Positions 1-10,556 are shown, counted from the stretch's first letter. The stretch: 64,000 nucleotides of DNA from Octadecabacter sp. (GCA_018608045.1 JABBAI010000180.1:15295-79294), one strand, 5' to 3'. The notes: a model not told the origin generated them from the letters alone. Numbers and translations: made by a program.

Positions 1-138
1 GCGCTGGACATTGGTGCTTACCGCGATGCGCCTGCGGGTCTTCGCATCTGGTGCGGTGCCACGATTGAAACCAGCGACATCGAAGCAATGCTTCCGTGGC
101 TCGACTGGGCGTTTCACGCCGAAATCGCAGCCCAATAA
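1..138 (+). CDS. serC: Phosphoserine aminotransferase, C-terminal part (gene starts before the window)
   Basis: Frame 1 reads [45 protein letters not shown], matching the alphaproteobacterial SerC C-terminus; lies directly upstream of serA. Confidence 0.88.
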   Translation, partial: ALDIGAYRDAPAGLRIWCGATIETSDIEAMLPWLDWAFHAEIAAQ

Positions 139-194
139 TTCAAGTCTAATTTCTGGCGTATTCGCCGCACACATTTCATTGAAGGATGCTAAAA

Positions 195-1790
195 ATGGCT
201 CCCAAAGTACTTATCTCCGATAGCCTGTCCCAAGCCGCTGTTCAGATTTTCCGCGATCGTGGAATCGACGTGGATTTCATGCCTGACCTTGGGAAAGACA
301 AGGACAAGCTGGCCGAAGTCATTGGTCAGTATGATGGTCTTGCGATCCGGTCCGCCACCAAGGCCACGGCCAAATTGATCGAAGCTGCGACCAACCTGAA
401 GGTCATTGGCCGCGCCGGTATCGGCACTGACAACGTCGACAAAGAAGCCGCGTCAAAGGCCGGTATCATCGTGATGAACACGCCATTCGGCAATATGATC
501 ACGACGGCGGAACACGCCATCGCGATGATGTTTGCCGTTGCGCGTCAGATCCCCGAAGCATCTGCGTCTACCCACGCTGGTAAGTGGGAAAAATCCAAAT
601 TCATGGGAGTTGAATTGACGGGTAAGACCCTTGGCGTGATCGGTGCAGGCAATATTGGTGGCATCGTGTGCGACCGTGCGCGTGCGCTAAAAATGAAAGT
701 CGTCGCGTTTGACCCTTATCTGGGCCAAGAAAAAGCCGACAAAATGGGTGTCGAAAAGGTCGAGCTGGATGAGCTGTTCGCCCGCGCCGATTTCATCACA
801 CTGCACGTACCATTTACCGATCAGACGGCCAACATCCTTAGCCGCGAAAACATCGCTAAATTGAAAAAAGGCGTGCGCATCATCAACTGTGCCCGTGGTG
901 GTTTGGTCGATGAGGACGCGCTGGCGGATGCCTTGAAATCCGGCCACGTTGCGGGTGCCGCGTTTGACGTGTTCAAGACGGAACCTGCAACGGACAGCCC
1001 GCTGTTCAATCTGCCCAACGTCGTCGTGACGCCCCACCTCGGTGCGGCAACGACAGAAGCACAGGAAAACGTGGCGCTGCAAGTGGCAGAGCAAATGTCG
1101 GATTATCTGATGACAGGTGCTGTGACCAATGCGCTGAACATGCCGTCCGTCACCGCCGAAGAAGCCAAAGTCATGACGCCGTGGATTTCGCTGTCGGGTC
1201 ACCTTGGGAATTTCATCGGCCAGATGACGGATGAACCGATCACCGCGATCAATATCCTGTTTGACGGCACCGTGTCCGACATGAACCTTGAGGCGCTGAC
1301 CGCCGCGACTGTTGCTGGCATTATGAAGAAGGCGAACCCTGACACGAACATGGTATCCGCCCCAGTGATCGCCAAAGAACGTGGCATCAAGATCAGCATG
1401 ACCAAGCAGGACAAGACAGGCGCGTTTGACGGTTACATGAAGGTGACTGTTGTGACACCCAAGCGTGAACGGTCTGTTGCGGGAACAGTTTTTAGCGACG
1501 GCAAGCCGCGCTTTATCCAGATTAAAGGCATCAACATCGACGCCGAAATTGGCGCGCACATGGTGTACACCACAAACGAAGACGTGCCGGGTATCATCGG
1601 TTTGCTGGGCCAGACAATGGGCAAGCACGACGTCAACATCGCGAACTTTACGCTGGGCCGGTCCGAGGCAAAGGGTGAGGCGATTGCTCTGCTGTACGTC
1701 GATGAACCTGTGCCAGCAGCAGCCCTCAAGGAACTGATGGGCGCTGGCATGTTCACGCAAGTCAAACCCCTGACGTTTGAGGTTGCATAA
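195..1790 (+). CDS. serA: D-3-phosphoglycerate dehydrogenase
   Basis: MAPKVLISD start, GRAGIGTDNVD, GVIGAGNIG Rossmann motif, INCARGGLVDE, TPHLGAAT, C-terminal ACT domain (NEDVPGIIG). Confidence 0.97.
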   Translation: MAPKVLISDSLSQAAVQIFRDRGIDVDFMPDLGKDKDKLAEVIGQYDGLAIRSATKATAKLIEAATNLKVIGRAGIGTDNVDKEAASKAGIIVMNTPFGNMITTAEHAIAMMFAVARQIPEASASTHAGKWEKSKFMGVELTGKTLGVIGAGNIGGIVCDRARALKMKVVAFDPYLGQEKADKMGVEKVELDELFARADFITLHVPFTDQTANILSRENIAKLKKGVRIINCARGGLVDEDALADALKSGHVAGAAFDVFKTEPATDSPLFNLPNVVVTPHLGAATTEAQENVALQVAEQMSDYLMTGAVTNALNMPSVTAEEAKVMTPWISLSGHLGNFIGQMTDEPITAINILFDGTVSDMNLEALTAATVAGIMKKANPDTNMVSAPVIAKERGIKISMTKQDKTGAFDGYMKVTVVTPKRERSVAGTVFSDGKPRFIQIKGINIDAEIGAHMVYTTNEDVPGIIGLLGQTMGKHDVNIANFTLGRSEAKGEAIALLYVDEPVPAAALKELMGAGMFTQVKPLTFEVA

Positions 1791-1792
1791 TA

Positions 1793-1824
1793 GGGATGCG
1801 CCCAGTTTATTCTGGGCGCATCCC
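1793..1824 (+). terminator. Perfect 13-bp hairpin directly after serA (terminator or mRNA-stabilising stem)
   Basis: GGGATGCGCCCAG-TTTATT-CTGGGCGCATCCC; no U-tract follows, so intrinsic termination is uncertain. Confidence 0.55.
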
Positions 1825-1855
1825 AGACCCTAATTCAGCCTGAAAGGCCGCAAAC

Positions 1856-2638
1856 ATGTTCTATGCGCTTGGTGATATTCACGGACAAAAGGAACAGCTT
1901 GAACGGGCTTTTGAATTGATTAGGGCGGATGGTGGGGCTTACGCGCCGCTGTATATTCTTGGTGATCTTGTGGATCGCGGGTTTGACAGCAAATGGGTTA
2001 TTCAAACAATCATGGATGGGCAAAACGCGGGTAAACCGTGGCATTGCATCCTCGGCAATCATGATCTGATGTTTCATGAATTCGTGATGACGGCCAAGGT
2101 CGATCATGATGAAATTACCAAAGATTTGTCATGGCTGAACAGCCGTCTGGGCGGCTGCACGACATTGTCGTCGTATATGGATGACAGTGCTATCGACCAT
2201 CCCGACTGGAAGTGCTGGGACCACGCGAACGAGCACGGGTTAGACCCAGCGCCACAAGACTTGATCCAAGCGGTCAGCGACGCTGCCAAACGCGATGTTC
2301 CGGCGGCGCACCTCGATTGGATCATAAATTTGCCGCTGTATGTCGATGCGCCCGACAACCACCGTTTTGTGCATGCGGGTATCAAACCCGGTGTTGCGAT
2401 TGACGGCCAGACACGTAGCGATCTGGTCTGGATCAGGGATGGGTGGCTGGATTACGAAGGACCACTGGAGTGCATGTATGTGCACGGGCACACGGCGTTG
2501 GACTTTCCGAAACATCACCGCAACCGCATCAATCTTGATGGCGGGGCCGGACGTGGGCGCATTCTGATACCGACAGTTTATGATGGAACGAGCTGGTTCA
2601 CGTTGGATGAACGTGGCCGCACACCGCTGGTTCCCTAG
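1856..2638 (+). CDS. Calcineurin-like metallophosphoesterase (Ser/Thr protein phosphatase family)
   Basis: GDIHG, GDLVDRG, GNHD, FVHAG and VHGHT motifs. Confidence 0.92.
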   Translation: MFYALGDIHGQKEQLERAFELIRADGGAYAPLYILGDLVDRGFDSKWVIQTIMDGQNAGKPWHCILGNHDLMFHEFVMTAKVDHDEITKDLSWLNSRLGGCTTLSSYMDDSAIDHPDWKCWDHANEHGLDPAPQDLIQAVSDAAKRDVPAAHLDWIINLPLYVDAPDNHRFVHAGIKPGVAIDGQTRSDLVWIRDGWLDYEGPLECMYVHGHTALDFPKHHRNRINLDGGAGRGRILIPTVYDGTSWFTLDERGRTPLVP

Positions 2639-3117
2639 ATCGTTCGGATCAAACGATGACGGGTGTGGCGATCCTCAATGGGTGGAAACGACGTTTCCAA
2701 CATAAACCCTTCGCGATCCCAGAATGCGCGCCCCTTTGGATTGGCATCAAGAACGGCAACCAATTGGCGCTGCGCCCCGCGCGCCTGCGCGACGCCTGTC
2801 AGATGTGACAAAAGCTGCGCACCATTGCCACGTCCACGCGCTTCGGGTGCCAGCAACATCAAGCCTATATAAGCATCAGTTTTTTCTGGGAAACCAAACA
2901 ATATACCTGCAATACCGATAAGATTTTGGTCTTCCAACAGTCCGAAATGCAGGGAATCTTCTGCGGCAACATGGGGCGGGCGATCATCGAAAAAGTCGTC
3001 AACAATGTCCGCATCAGGCACCCGCCCGTGTTCTAGCATCACATAATCAGCCGTACGTTCAAAAAAGCAGGCGACTTCGGGGCGGTAGGTGATTTTATCC
3101 AGCGGTTTGAAATCCAT
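2635..3117 (-). CDS. GNAT family N-acetyltransferase
   Basis: Acetyl-CoA motif ARGRGNG, and NPKGRAFWDREGF; 4-bp convergent overlap with the phosphatase. Confidence 0.85.
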   Translation of the reverse strand: MDFKPLDKITYRPEVACFFERTADYVMLEHGRVPDADIVDDFFDDRPPHVAAEDSLHFGLLEDQNLIGIAGILFGFPEKTDAYIGLMLLAPEARGRGNGAQLLSHLTGVAQARGAQRQLVAVLDANPKGRAFWDREGFMLETSFPPIEDRHTRHRLIRTI

Positions 3118-3192
3118 CCCCTTTGATACCCATGCGCACCTGCGGCAGACAAGCCGCTTTCAGGCACGCAGTGCGTGGGGTAGGTAGCGCAT

Positions 3193-4245
3193 ATGAAAAC
3201 CGCATTCACGTCCCTTCGCGACCTTTTGAACCACGGTTTTGATACCGTCATCGACGTGCGATCACCCGCTGAATTTGCAGAAGACCATGTGCCAGGGGCG
3301 ATCAACCTGCCCGCCTTGTCCAATGATCAGCGCGCGCAAGTTGGGACCGTTTATGTGCAGATCTCCCCGTTCAAGGCCCGTAAAATGGGCGCGGCGATGG
3401 TTGCGCGCAATGTGGCCGCGCACCTTGAGGGACCATTGAAAGACCACCTCGGATCATGGCGGCCGCTGGTCTATTGCTGGCGCGGGGGGCAACGATCAGG
3501 GTCTTTTGCATCCATCCTGACGCAAATCGGATGGCGCGCCGAAGTCGTTGACGGCGGATATCAAGCGTTTCGAAATCTTGTCCACGATGTGTTGTACAAG
3601 GACGCGGTACCACATCGGCTGATCCTGCTGGATGGCAATACAGGCACGGCAAAGACCGACCTTTTGCACCGTCTAGACCGCCTTGGTGTTCAGGTGTTGG
3701 ACCTTGAAGGATTGGCAAATCATCGCGGTTCTTTGCTGGGTGAAATGGACGGTGGGCAGCCTGCACAAAAGGGGTTCGAAACCGCGCTCGCCTGTGCGTT
3801 GCTTAAACTTGACCCAACGCGCCCGACACTGGTCGAAGCCGAAAGCAGCAAGGTAGGAGAACGTGTGGTTCCCCCGACGCTTTGGGCCGCCATGAAGGCC
3901 GCGCCACGTATCGAAATTGATGCACCACTCGACGCCCGTGCTGCATATCTTGCCGATGCCTATGCTGACGTGAGTTCGGACGCGCAGGGGTTGCGCACCA
4001 AGCTAGAGATTTTGCGCCGTCATCGGGGGCATCTGGTCGACGGTTGGCTTGGGCTTTTGGATGCGGGGAAATTTCAGGCCCTCGCGCGGGCGTTGATGGA
4101 TGAACATTATGATCCGACGTATAGATCTGGCCGCACACGTCATGGCGCGGATGTTCTAGAACGGTTTAGCGTTGATGGGTTGGCCGAAGATGACCGCGAC
4201 GCATTGGCCGCGCGTCTGTCGGATTGGGTCGCATCCGTTAGCTGA
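3193..4245 (+). CDS. mnmH: tRNA 2-selenouridine(34) synthase
   Basis: Rhodanese domain IDVRSPAEF...VYCWRGGQRS, P-loop GNTGTAKT, DLEGLANHRGS, EAESSKVG; adjacent to selD. Confidence 0.95.
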   Translation: MKTAFTSLRDLLNHGFDTVIDVRSPAEFAEDHVPGAINLPALSNDQRAQVGTVYVQISPFKARKMGAAMVARNVAAHLEGPLKDHLGSWRPLVYCWRGGQRSGSFASILTQIGWRAEVVDGGYQAFRNLVHDVLYKDAVPHRLILLDGNTGTAKTDLLHRLDRLGVQVLDLEGLANHRGSLLGEMDGGQPAQKGFETALACALLKLDPTRPTLVEAESSKVGERVVPPTLWAAMKAAPRIEIDAPLDARAAYLADAYADVSSDAQGLRTKLEILRRHRGHLVDGWLGLLDAGKFQALARALMDEHYDPTYRSGRTRHGADVLERFSVDGLAEDDRDALAARLSDWVASVS

Positions 4246-6367
4246 ACGTCACACCCGACCCATCCGTAATTTCGCCAATAATTGTGAACCGATCGTCGGT
4301 GAGTGTGTCCGCCATATCCTTTGGCACCGCCGCCAACAATCCGCCCCCCGTTTGGGGGTCAAACATCAGCGCGGCGCGTGGCGTATCAGGGGCCGTCACA
4401 CGCGCATCATTTCGATTGTCCGCAAACAGCGAAGACCGAACACCGCGTTGCGAAAGGTCCAGCGCGCCGTCCATGATGGGCACCTCGTTTAGCCGCACGG
4501 TTGCGCCGACGCCTGATGCCTCACATATCCCCGCAAGGTGCCCTGCGAGGCCAAAGCCTGTCACATCCGTCATCGCATTGACCCCGCGCAACAAACTGCT
4601 GGTGTCATGTTGCGACTGAACCATCTGCTGTAAGCACGCTAAAACATCGCCACCCCGCGCCATGCCGCGCATTTCTGCCGCCAAGATTGTGCCTGACCCT
4701 ATGGGTTTGGACAGAACCAAAACATCGCCAGCTTTAGCCCCCGAAAGGGTTATCGGTGCGCTGTCACATAGCCCTGTAATCGACAGCCCAATGGTCATGC
4801 TGTCGCCTAGCGTCGTGTGCCCACCGACCAATACCGCGCCGCAATCAGACAAAGCCTGTGCCACAGTCGCTGTAATTTCCCCCACCGTGCGGCGCTGCAA
4901 ATCCAGCGACATACGCGGCAATGTGAGGGATAGAACCGCCGCCTGTGGTGCGGCCCCCATCGCCCAGATATCGCCAAGGGCATGGGTCGATGCAATATTG
5001 GCCATCATCACCGGATCAAGCGTGACCGCACTTAGATGATCGGTCGTGAACGCCTGCACAACGCCCCCCGTTTTCAGCACCGCAGCATCATCACCGGGAA
5101 GTGATACGATGTCGTCGCGCGTTGGTTTTGGCAAATCGGCCAGCGCATGTTGCAATGCTCCTCGCCCAACTTTCGCACCGCACCCGCCACAAAGTGGGGC
5201 ATCGCCAATCTCGGTAAGCACCCCGTCAGCCACGCGCAGCGGCAAGGGGTCGGCGGGCATTGTTAGCCCGTCAAACTGGGTCATGAATTTGCGGTCAATC
5301 TGGTCTTTCCAGCGCCACAGCAGAGTGCCCCGTCGCGCTGTCCCGAACTTTTCCGCAAGCGCAGTTTTGCCGCCCAATGAAATGAGTTTGAGGTAGTCTT
5401 TTTGCGGTTGGAATTTGCGCAACGCACCACCCGATAAGCGGGCGCGCAGGTTATCGAACAGGTAGGGCGCTTCGCGGACGGCAAAGACACCGGCCTTGGG
5501 GCGTGGATCATGGGACAGATGCGCACAATCGCCGACCGCGAACACATCTGAATGGGAGGTCTGCAAGGTCGGCCCGACGGTCAGGAACCCGTCGTGCAGA
5601 TCAAGCCCAATATCGCCGACCCAGTCATGGGGCCGCGCACCCGCAGCGCCCGTGGTGAAATCGGACGGCACGACGGTATCATCTGATAATCGCACCGCAT
5701 CAGGTAGCACCTCAACCACGTCGGCATTTTCGACCAAGGTCACGTTAAGGTCCGACAGTGCGGCCAACAGACGACTGCGTGCAGGTGTATCGAAACCGTC
5801 CAGCACCAAGCTGCGATCAATCAGCGACACCGTTGGGGACTTGTCACGCAGCGCGTAGGCCATGGCCATCGCAAGCTCCGCGCCTGCAACCCCGCCCCCA
5901 ATCACTGCAACCTTTGGGGCGGTTGCGGTGTTGCGATACGCGTCCCACCGCGACGCAAAAACGCCCAGCGGCTTGGCTGGAATGCCATGTTCGGAAAACC
6001 CTGCAAGTTTTGGCATTTCGGACGTTATGCCGACATCCAAAGCCGCCACGTCGTAAGCCACTGGGGGGCGGCCCTGCACCGTGATCGTTTTACCCACGGG
6101 ATCAATCGCGGCAGCCTTACCATTGATCAATCGCGCGCCTGCGAACCGCGCGAGTTTCACGAGATCAATGTCGAGTTCTTCGCGTGTGTAGTGCCCCGCA
6201 ACAAATCCAGGCAGCATTCCCGAATAAGGCGCTGTCGGCCCCGGGTTGATGACGGTCAGCCGAACACCGGGCAGCGGGTTCATTCCCCATTTACGCAGGA
6301 CAAGTGCGTGGGTGTGACCACCACCAATCAAAACCAGATCGCGGGTGAAGGGGATTGTTTGTTTCAT
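4238..6367 (-). CDS. selD: Selenophosphate synthetase with an N-terminal FAD-dependent pyridine-nucleotide oxidoreductase domain
   Basis: N-terminal LIGGGHTH, YSGMLPG, GGGVAGAE, FAVGDCA; C-terminal CGGCGAKVG, DDAAV, GDIWAMG, GGHT, TDVTGFGLAGH, DPQTGGGLL. Confidence 0.93.
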   Translation of the reverse strand: MKQTIPFTRDLVLIGGGHTHALVLRKWGMNPLPGVRLTVINPGPTAPYSGMLPGFVAGHYTREELDIDLVKLARFAGARLINGKAAAIDPVGKTITVQGRPPVAYDVAALDVGITSEMPKLAGFSEHGIPAKPLGVFASRWDAYRNTATAPKVAVIGGGVAGAELAMAMAYALRDKSPTVSLIDRSLVLDGFDTPARSRLLAALSDLNVTLVENADVVEVLPDAVRLSDDTVVPSDFTTGAAGARPHDWVGDIGLDLHDGFLTVGPTLQTSHSDVFAVGDCAHLSHDPRPKAGVFAVREAPYLFDNLRARLSGGALRKFQPQKDYLKLISLGGKTALAEKFGTARRGTLLWRWKDQIDRKFMTQFDGLTMPADPLPLRVADGVLTEIGDAPLCGGCGAKVGRGALQHALADLPKPTRDDIVSLPGDDAAVLKTGGVVQAFTTDHLSAVTLDPVMMANIASTHALGDIWAMGAAPQAAVLSLTLPRMSLDLQRRTVGEITATVAQALSDCGAVLVGGHTTLGDSMTIGLSITGLCDSAPITLSGAKAGDVLVLSKPIGSGTILAAEMRGMARGGDVLACLQQMVQSQHDTSSLLRGVNAMTDVTGFGLAGHLAGICEASGVGATVRLNEVPIMDGALDLSQRGVRSSLFADNRNDARVTAPDTPRAALMFDPQTGGGLLAAVPKDMADTLTDDRFTIIGEITDGSGVTFS

Positions 6368-6424
6368 GCTGAAGTCTTAGCGCGCGCAGCCGCTGTCGCC
6401 CAGCGCCGCGTTTTCACCTTTTGG

Positions 6425-7459
6425 TCATTCGTATCCGGTCATTTCCAGATATCCGACGCCATCGTGCGTGCCCGTGACTGTCACAGGCCCTTCCCAGTAA
6501 GGCACCGACGTATCCATCCACGCCGCATCATTGATCGCTTGAACGGTGACATCGACGCCGCGATCAGGCAGCGTGACACGCCACTGTGTCGGGACAGATC
6601 GACCAGCAACAGACACGCGCGACAAGGGTTGCGCATCAAATGCGCCGTCGGGGTAGGCCGTTGTAACACCGTCCGGTTCAATCCATGTGGCCGATGTATA
6701 AAACGTGCCGTCCGTCTGGCGCAGCCGAAACCCCATAAGCTTTCCATCCCCCAAAGACAGCGAAAACCAATCCCAGCCCGTTTGATCATCCGACAAGGGT
6801 TGCGACGACCATTCGCGATCAAGCCACGCCTGCCCCCGCACAGCCACATCCCCATCAGGCAGCGACAGCGTGCCTTGGATATCGTAGAACGGTTGCGAAT
6901 AATAATAGGACGCCTGCCCGGCTGCGGACTTTACGGAATAGCCATCCGCGCCGTGAAACACGATCGGACCTTGCGCGTTCAGGGCCATGTCATAGGCAAA
7001 GTCAGGCCCGCTTGCGGTCATCTGCAACGTATCGAAATCAAGACCCGTCAGTTGCCAGTCGTCGATCCACGCCTCAAACGGTTCAGCGGTCACACCCGCC
7101 TGCCCGATCCCCCCGCGTGCGAGCCGTTCTGTCACAAAGTGTTCATCCGTCGTCGTCACCGCCGCGTGGCCCATCCAAAACTGGGGCGACGACCAGCCCT
7201 CCCCGCCATTTGGTGTCAGGGCGGATCGAAACAACGTCCATTGAAGCCCGTAGGGTGTGCCGTCCTCTGCCTCAAGGTTGGCGGTCAGATACCACCACTC
7301 AATCCGGTAATCATCGTGCGGGCCGTGATCTGACGGAAAGTCAAAAATTGCGGGCTCCTGGGGTGTTGAAAACCCGTCGCTGTCGGCACCAAGTCCGGCA
7401 AATCCTTGGGCGCTGGCCGTGACGGGCAACAAAAGGAGCGGGAAAATTCTAGCGTTCAT
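6425..7459 (-). CDS. Secreted lipocalin-like protein (AttH / CrtC-like family)
   Basis: Signal peptide; FPSDHGPH..EWWYLTANL, SYYYSQP, AWLDREWSSQ, GWDWF, YWEGPV, GYLEMTGY. Confidence 0.85.
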   Translation of the reverse strand: MNARIFPLLLLPVTASAQGFAGLGADSDGFSTPQEPAIFDFPSDHGPHDDYRIEWWYLTANLEAEDGTPYGLQWTLFRSALTPNGGEGWSSPQFWMGHAAVTTTDEHFVTERLARGGIGQAGVTAEPFEAWIDDWQLTGLDFDTLQMTASGPDFAYDMALNAQGPIVFHGADGYSVKSAAGQASYYYSQPFYDIQGTLSLPDGDVAVRGQAWLDREWSSQPLSDDQTGWDWFSLSLGDGKLMGFRLRQTDGTFYTSATWIEPDGVTTAYPDGAFDAQPLSRVSVAGRSVPTQWRVTLPDRGVDVTVQAINDAAWMDTSVPYWEGPVTVTGTHDGVGYLEMTGYE

Positions 7460-9833
7460 TGGAAAACACTTTCAGCAAGTCAGCGGGGCGCGTGCGGGCC
7501 AGTTTTCGCGCAGGCCAGAGCGAGGCCAGTACCGCCGCTACCACCGCAAACCCTGCTAGGCGGGCGTAATCCAGCGGGAACAGGAACATGGGCAACCGCC
7601 ACCCGAACGCTTCGACGTTAACAACTGCCAGCAATGTCCACGCGAGGGCAAGGCCAAGCGGTAGGGCAAGGACCGCCGTCAGAAGGGCCAAAAGAACGGC
7701 GCGGATAATTTCAATCTGCCCAAGCCGTGCGCGGGTCAGCCCCTGCGCCCAGACGGGGGCGAGTTGCGGAAGGCGCATGGTGGCAAGTGTCAGAAGGCTC
7801 ATCAATATCGCGAACCCCGCCACGGCGAGAGTTAGGACGTTCAATGCGCCCGTGATGGTAAAGGTGCGGTCAAACACGCTGAGGGAAAACGCCTTAATGC
7901 CCGCTTGGTTGATCATATTCGCCTCTGCCAAACCGAAGGTTTCGCGCAGTTCAATCGCAAGGGCAGGCACATCATCAGCGTCCATTCGAATGCCGAACCG
8001 CAAGGCGGATACCGCCGGAAACAAGTCTTCGAACAGCGTTTTGGTTACGATGACCTGCCCGATGGGATTGCCGTAGTCACCATAGATTCCCAACACGGGA
8101 AAGGACCGCCCCGAAAATGTAATTTCATCACCGATGTCGATGTCTGCCCGTCGCGCCAGCTGTTCGTTGATCGCCGCACCCACCCCGTTTTCAATATCGC
8201 CCCATGCGTTTGGGGCGGCATTCAAAAACAGCCAATTGTCGCGGTAGGTTTCATGGGCGGTGGGGCCAAACACCTCGGATTGTAACCCACGGATGTTTTG
8301 TTCGACCGATTGGATCGGCAGGACTTTATCGACGCGGGTTTCAAGAAAGGTGCGCAGGGCTAAAGCTTGTTCTTCATCGTCCGCATAAACATAAAATTCC
8401 GAGGCGAGCCGCTGATCCAGGAACCCTGTGAATGTCAGGCGAAAACTGCTGACCATTGTTGATACACCGACGTTTGCCGCCATCGCCAACAGCAACGCCA
8501 TCAAGGCCAATGACAAGCCCGGCAATTGCTGGCGCGTGTCTGCCCAGAACCATTCTGCCATGACCGATTTCGCCTGTGCAGCGCCAAACGCCAGAACGCG
8601 GTCTAGCACGACAGGCAATGCCAATGCGGCCCCGATAAGAAGTGCGGCCAACATTCCAAACCCCGCTACGAGGCCACTGCCCAACCATCCCAGTACCCCC
8701 GCCAGTATTAGCAATGCGACGGCCACCCCCGCCTGCAATAATCGACCCTGTCCCGCCTGCATTGCCCATGCACGGGGGCGTGCGGAGGCGAGCAATGGCA
8801 TGCGCGCCAATTGCCACAGCGACGCGGCGGCGGCCATTGCGGTGCCCCCGACGGCGATCAAAAGGCCCGATACCCACCACTCGGGGCGCAACTGCAATGT
8901 GCCCGAAACAGATTGCCCATAGAGCCCCGAGATCGTCGCGGCGACGTCTGGCAGCAGCGCCGCCGCAACAAGATACCCCAGCCCCACGCCGATGGCCCCC
9001 GCGACAAGGGAAATTACCAAAAGTTCGACGCCGATCAATGCAACCAAACGGCCAAGCGGAAAGCCAAGCGCGCGCAAGGTGCGAATAACGGGCCTACGCT
9101 GTTCAAACGCCAAACCAATCGCGCCATGAACGATGAAAATACCCACCGCGAACGACAACAGGCCAAACGCGGTGAGGTTGAGGTGAAAGCTATCCGTCAA
9201 GCGGCCCAGGTCTGATCCGCCCTGCGGCGCGCGGAGCGTCAGATTGGGCATAACATCCCCAAGTGGGATTTGGGTCAAAGGTCGGGACGGCGCGACGATA
9301 AGGCGGGATAATACATCCGGCATGTCCAAAAGGCGCTGCGCGGTACCGACATCTGTCAGAATTACACCGGGGGCAACGTCCGGTGATGCGACAGTTTGCA
9401 CGCCATACTCTGCGATATTATCAAGCGTGTCTTGGGTCGCGAACAACACCCCCGCAGTCAGCATGTCGATCGTCATTGCGCCGTCATTCAAACCCACGGG
9501 CGCAATGCCACCGGGGGACGTCAGCGCGTCTAGACCGATCAGACGCACACCATCCAGCCGCCCTTCGATCACAGGGCTCACCAGCCAACCGGCGCGGCGT
9601 AATGCGATATAATCAGCTTGTGAAATCGTGCCGATGTCTGATGTAATTTGCGCGAATTGGCCTTCGCCCAGAGTTTCAGCCGCAGCATCATAGGACGCGC
9701 GTGCTTCGGCGTTGACGGCCTGCACGCCGGACCACAGGGCGGTCGCCAAGGACAGGCCCACCACCAACGTAAACAGTTGAACAGGGTTGCGCCGCCAATG
9801 AGACAACAGCGCCAAAAGCCCGGCTTTGGTCAT
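7449..9833 (-). CDS. ABC transporter permease with duplicated MacB/FtsX-like halves
   Basis: 794 aa with two periplasmic + TM repeats; LTDSFHLNLTAF, LRALG, VNVEAFGW; overlaps both neighbours. Confidence 0.9.
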   Translation of the reverse strand: MTKAGLLALLSHWRRNPVQLFTLVVGLSLATALWSGVQAVNAEARASYDAAAETLGEGQFAQITSDIGTISQADYIALRRAGWLVSPVIEGRLDGVRLIGLDALTSPGGIAPVGLNDGAMTIDMLTAGVLFATQDTLDNIAEYGVQTVASPDVAPGVILTDVGTAQRLLDMPDVLSRLIVAPSRPLTQIPLGDVMPNLTLRAPQGGSDLGRLTDSFHLNLTAFGLLSFAVGIFIVHGAIGLAFEQRRPVIRTLRALGFPLGRLVALIGVELLVISLVAGAIGVGLGYLVAAALLPDVAATISGLYGQSVSGTLQLRPEWWVSGLLIAVGGTAMAAAASLWQLARMPLLASARPRAWAMQAGQGRLLQAGVAVALLILAGVLGWLGSGLVAGFGMLAALLIGAALALPVVLDRVLAFGAAQAKSVMAEWFWADTRQQLPGLSLALMALLLAMAANVGVSTMVSSFRLTFTGFLDQRLASEFYVYADDEEQALALRTFLETRVDKVLPIQSVEQNIRGLQSEVFGPTAHETYRDNWLFLNAAPNAWGDIENGVGAAINEQLARRADIDIGDEITFSGRSFPVLGIYGDYGNPIGQVIVTKTLFEDLFPAVSALRFGIRMDADDVPALAIELRETFGLAEANMINQAGIKAFSLSVFDRTFTITGALNVLTLAVAGFAILMSLLTLATMRLPQLAPVWAQGLTRARLGQIEIIRAVLLALLTAVLALPLGLALAWTLLAVVNVEAFGWRLPMFLFPLDYARLAGFAVVAAVLASLWPARKLARTRPADLLKVFSNER

Positions 9834-10498
9834 GTGGGCGACCCATCAATACGGCCTGCGCGCAAATGTAAACGACGCCCCATACGCCCCGCTAAACGCT
9901 GTGAATGTGTGACCATCAGCAAAGCCGCGTTCGTTTCAGAAGCGAGTTCGAGCATCAGATCCATGACCGTGTCAGCCGTCGCTTCGTCCAGATTTCCCGT
10001 CGGTTCATCTGCCAGAACGAGGGCAGGTTTGGCCGCCAGAGTGCGCGCGATGGCAACCCGTTGCTGCTGACCCCCCGACAATTGTTCCGGATATTTAGCG
10101 AGGTGTTCGCGCAACCCCATGCGCGTCGAAAGATCGGCGATCCATGCCTTATCTTCGCGCCCACCAAGACGGGCCTGAAACGAGATATTAGACCCAACCG
10201 TCAGCGACGGGATTAAATTGAACTGCTGGAACACAACTCCGACTTTGTCACGACGCACAGCGGCACGACCCGCATCATCTAGCGCACCGATATCCACACC
10301 ATCCACTTCGACAACGCCACTATCGGGCTGATCCAACCCACCAACCAGATGCAACAACGTGCTTTTCCCGCTTCCGGATTCCCCCGTCAGAGCCAGCGTT
10401 TCACCACGGTTCAGCATCATGTCGATGCCTTGCAAAATCGGCAACGCTCCGTCTGGTCCCGCGTATGATTTTCGAAGATCGGTGACGTTCAACAGCAT
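9830..10498 (-). CDS. ABC transporter ATP-binding protein (LolD/MacB-like)
   Basis: GESGSGKS, VFQQFNL, LSGGQQQRVAIAR, LADEPTGNLD, VTH. Confidence 0.93.
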   Translation of the reverse strand: MLLNVTDLRKSYAGPDGALPILQGIDMMLNRGETLALTGESGSGKSTLLHLVGGLDQPDSGVVEVDGVDIGALDDAGRAAVRRDKVGVVFQQFNLIPSLTVGSNISFQARLGGREDKAWIADLSTRMGLREHLAKYPEQLSGGQQQRVAIARTLAAKPALVLADEPTGNLDEATADTVMDLMLELASETNAALLMVTHSQRLAGRMGRRLHLRAGRIDGSPT

Positions 10499-10556
10499 CT
10501 CAGTGCGTTCCTCACGGGTTCTACATCGTCTTAAGCGGCGCGAATAATCAGGCGGT

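Noticed and set aside
4238-6367. Selenocysteine recoding or a selenoneine (senABC) cluster
   Set aside because: SelD, MsrA and MsrB all have Cys with no in-frame UGA, and no SenA/SenB-like genes are adjacent.
5987-7333. 448-aa plus-strand ORF, and similar long antisense ORFs such as 687-1760, 39718-40752 and 47825-48817
   Set aside because: They lie opposite well-supported genes, have no recognisable motifs, and are expected shadow ORFs in GC-rich DNA.
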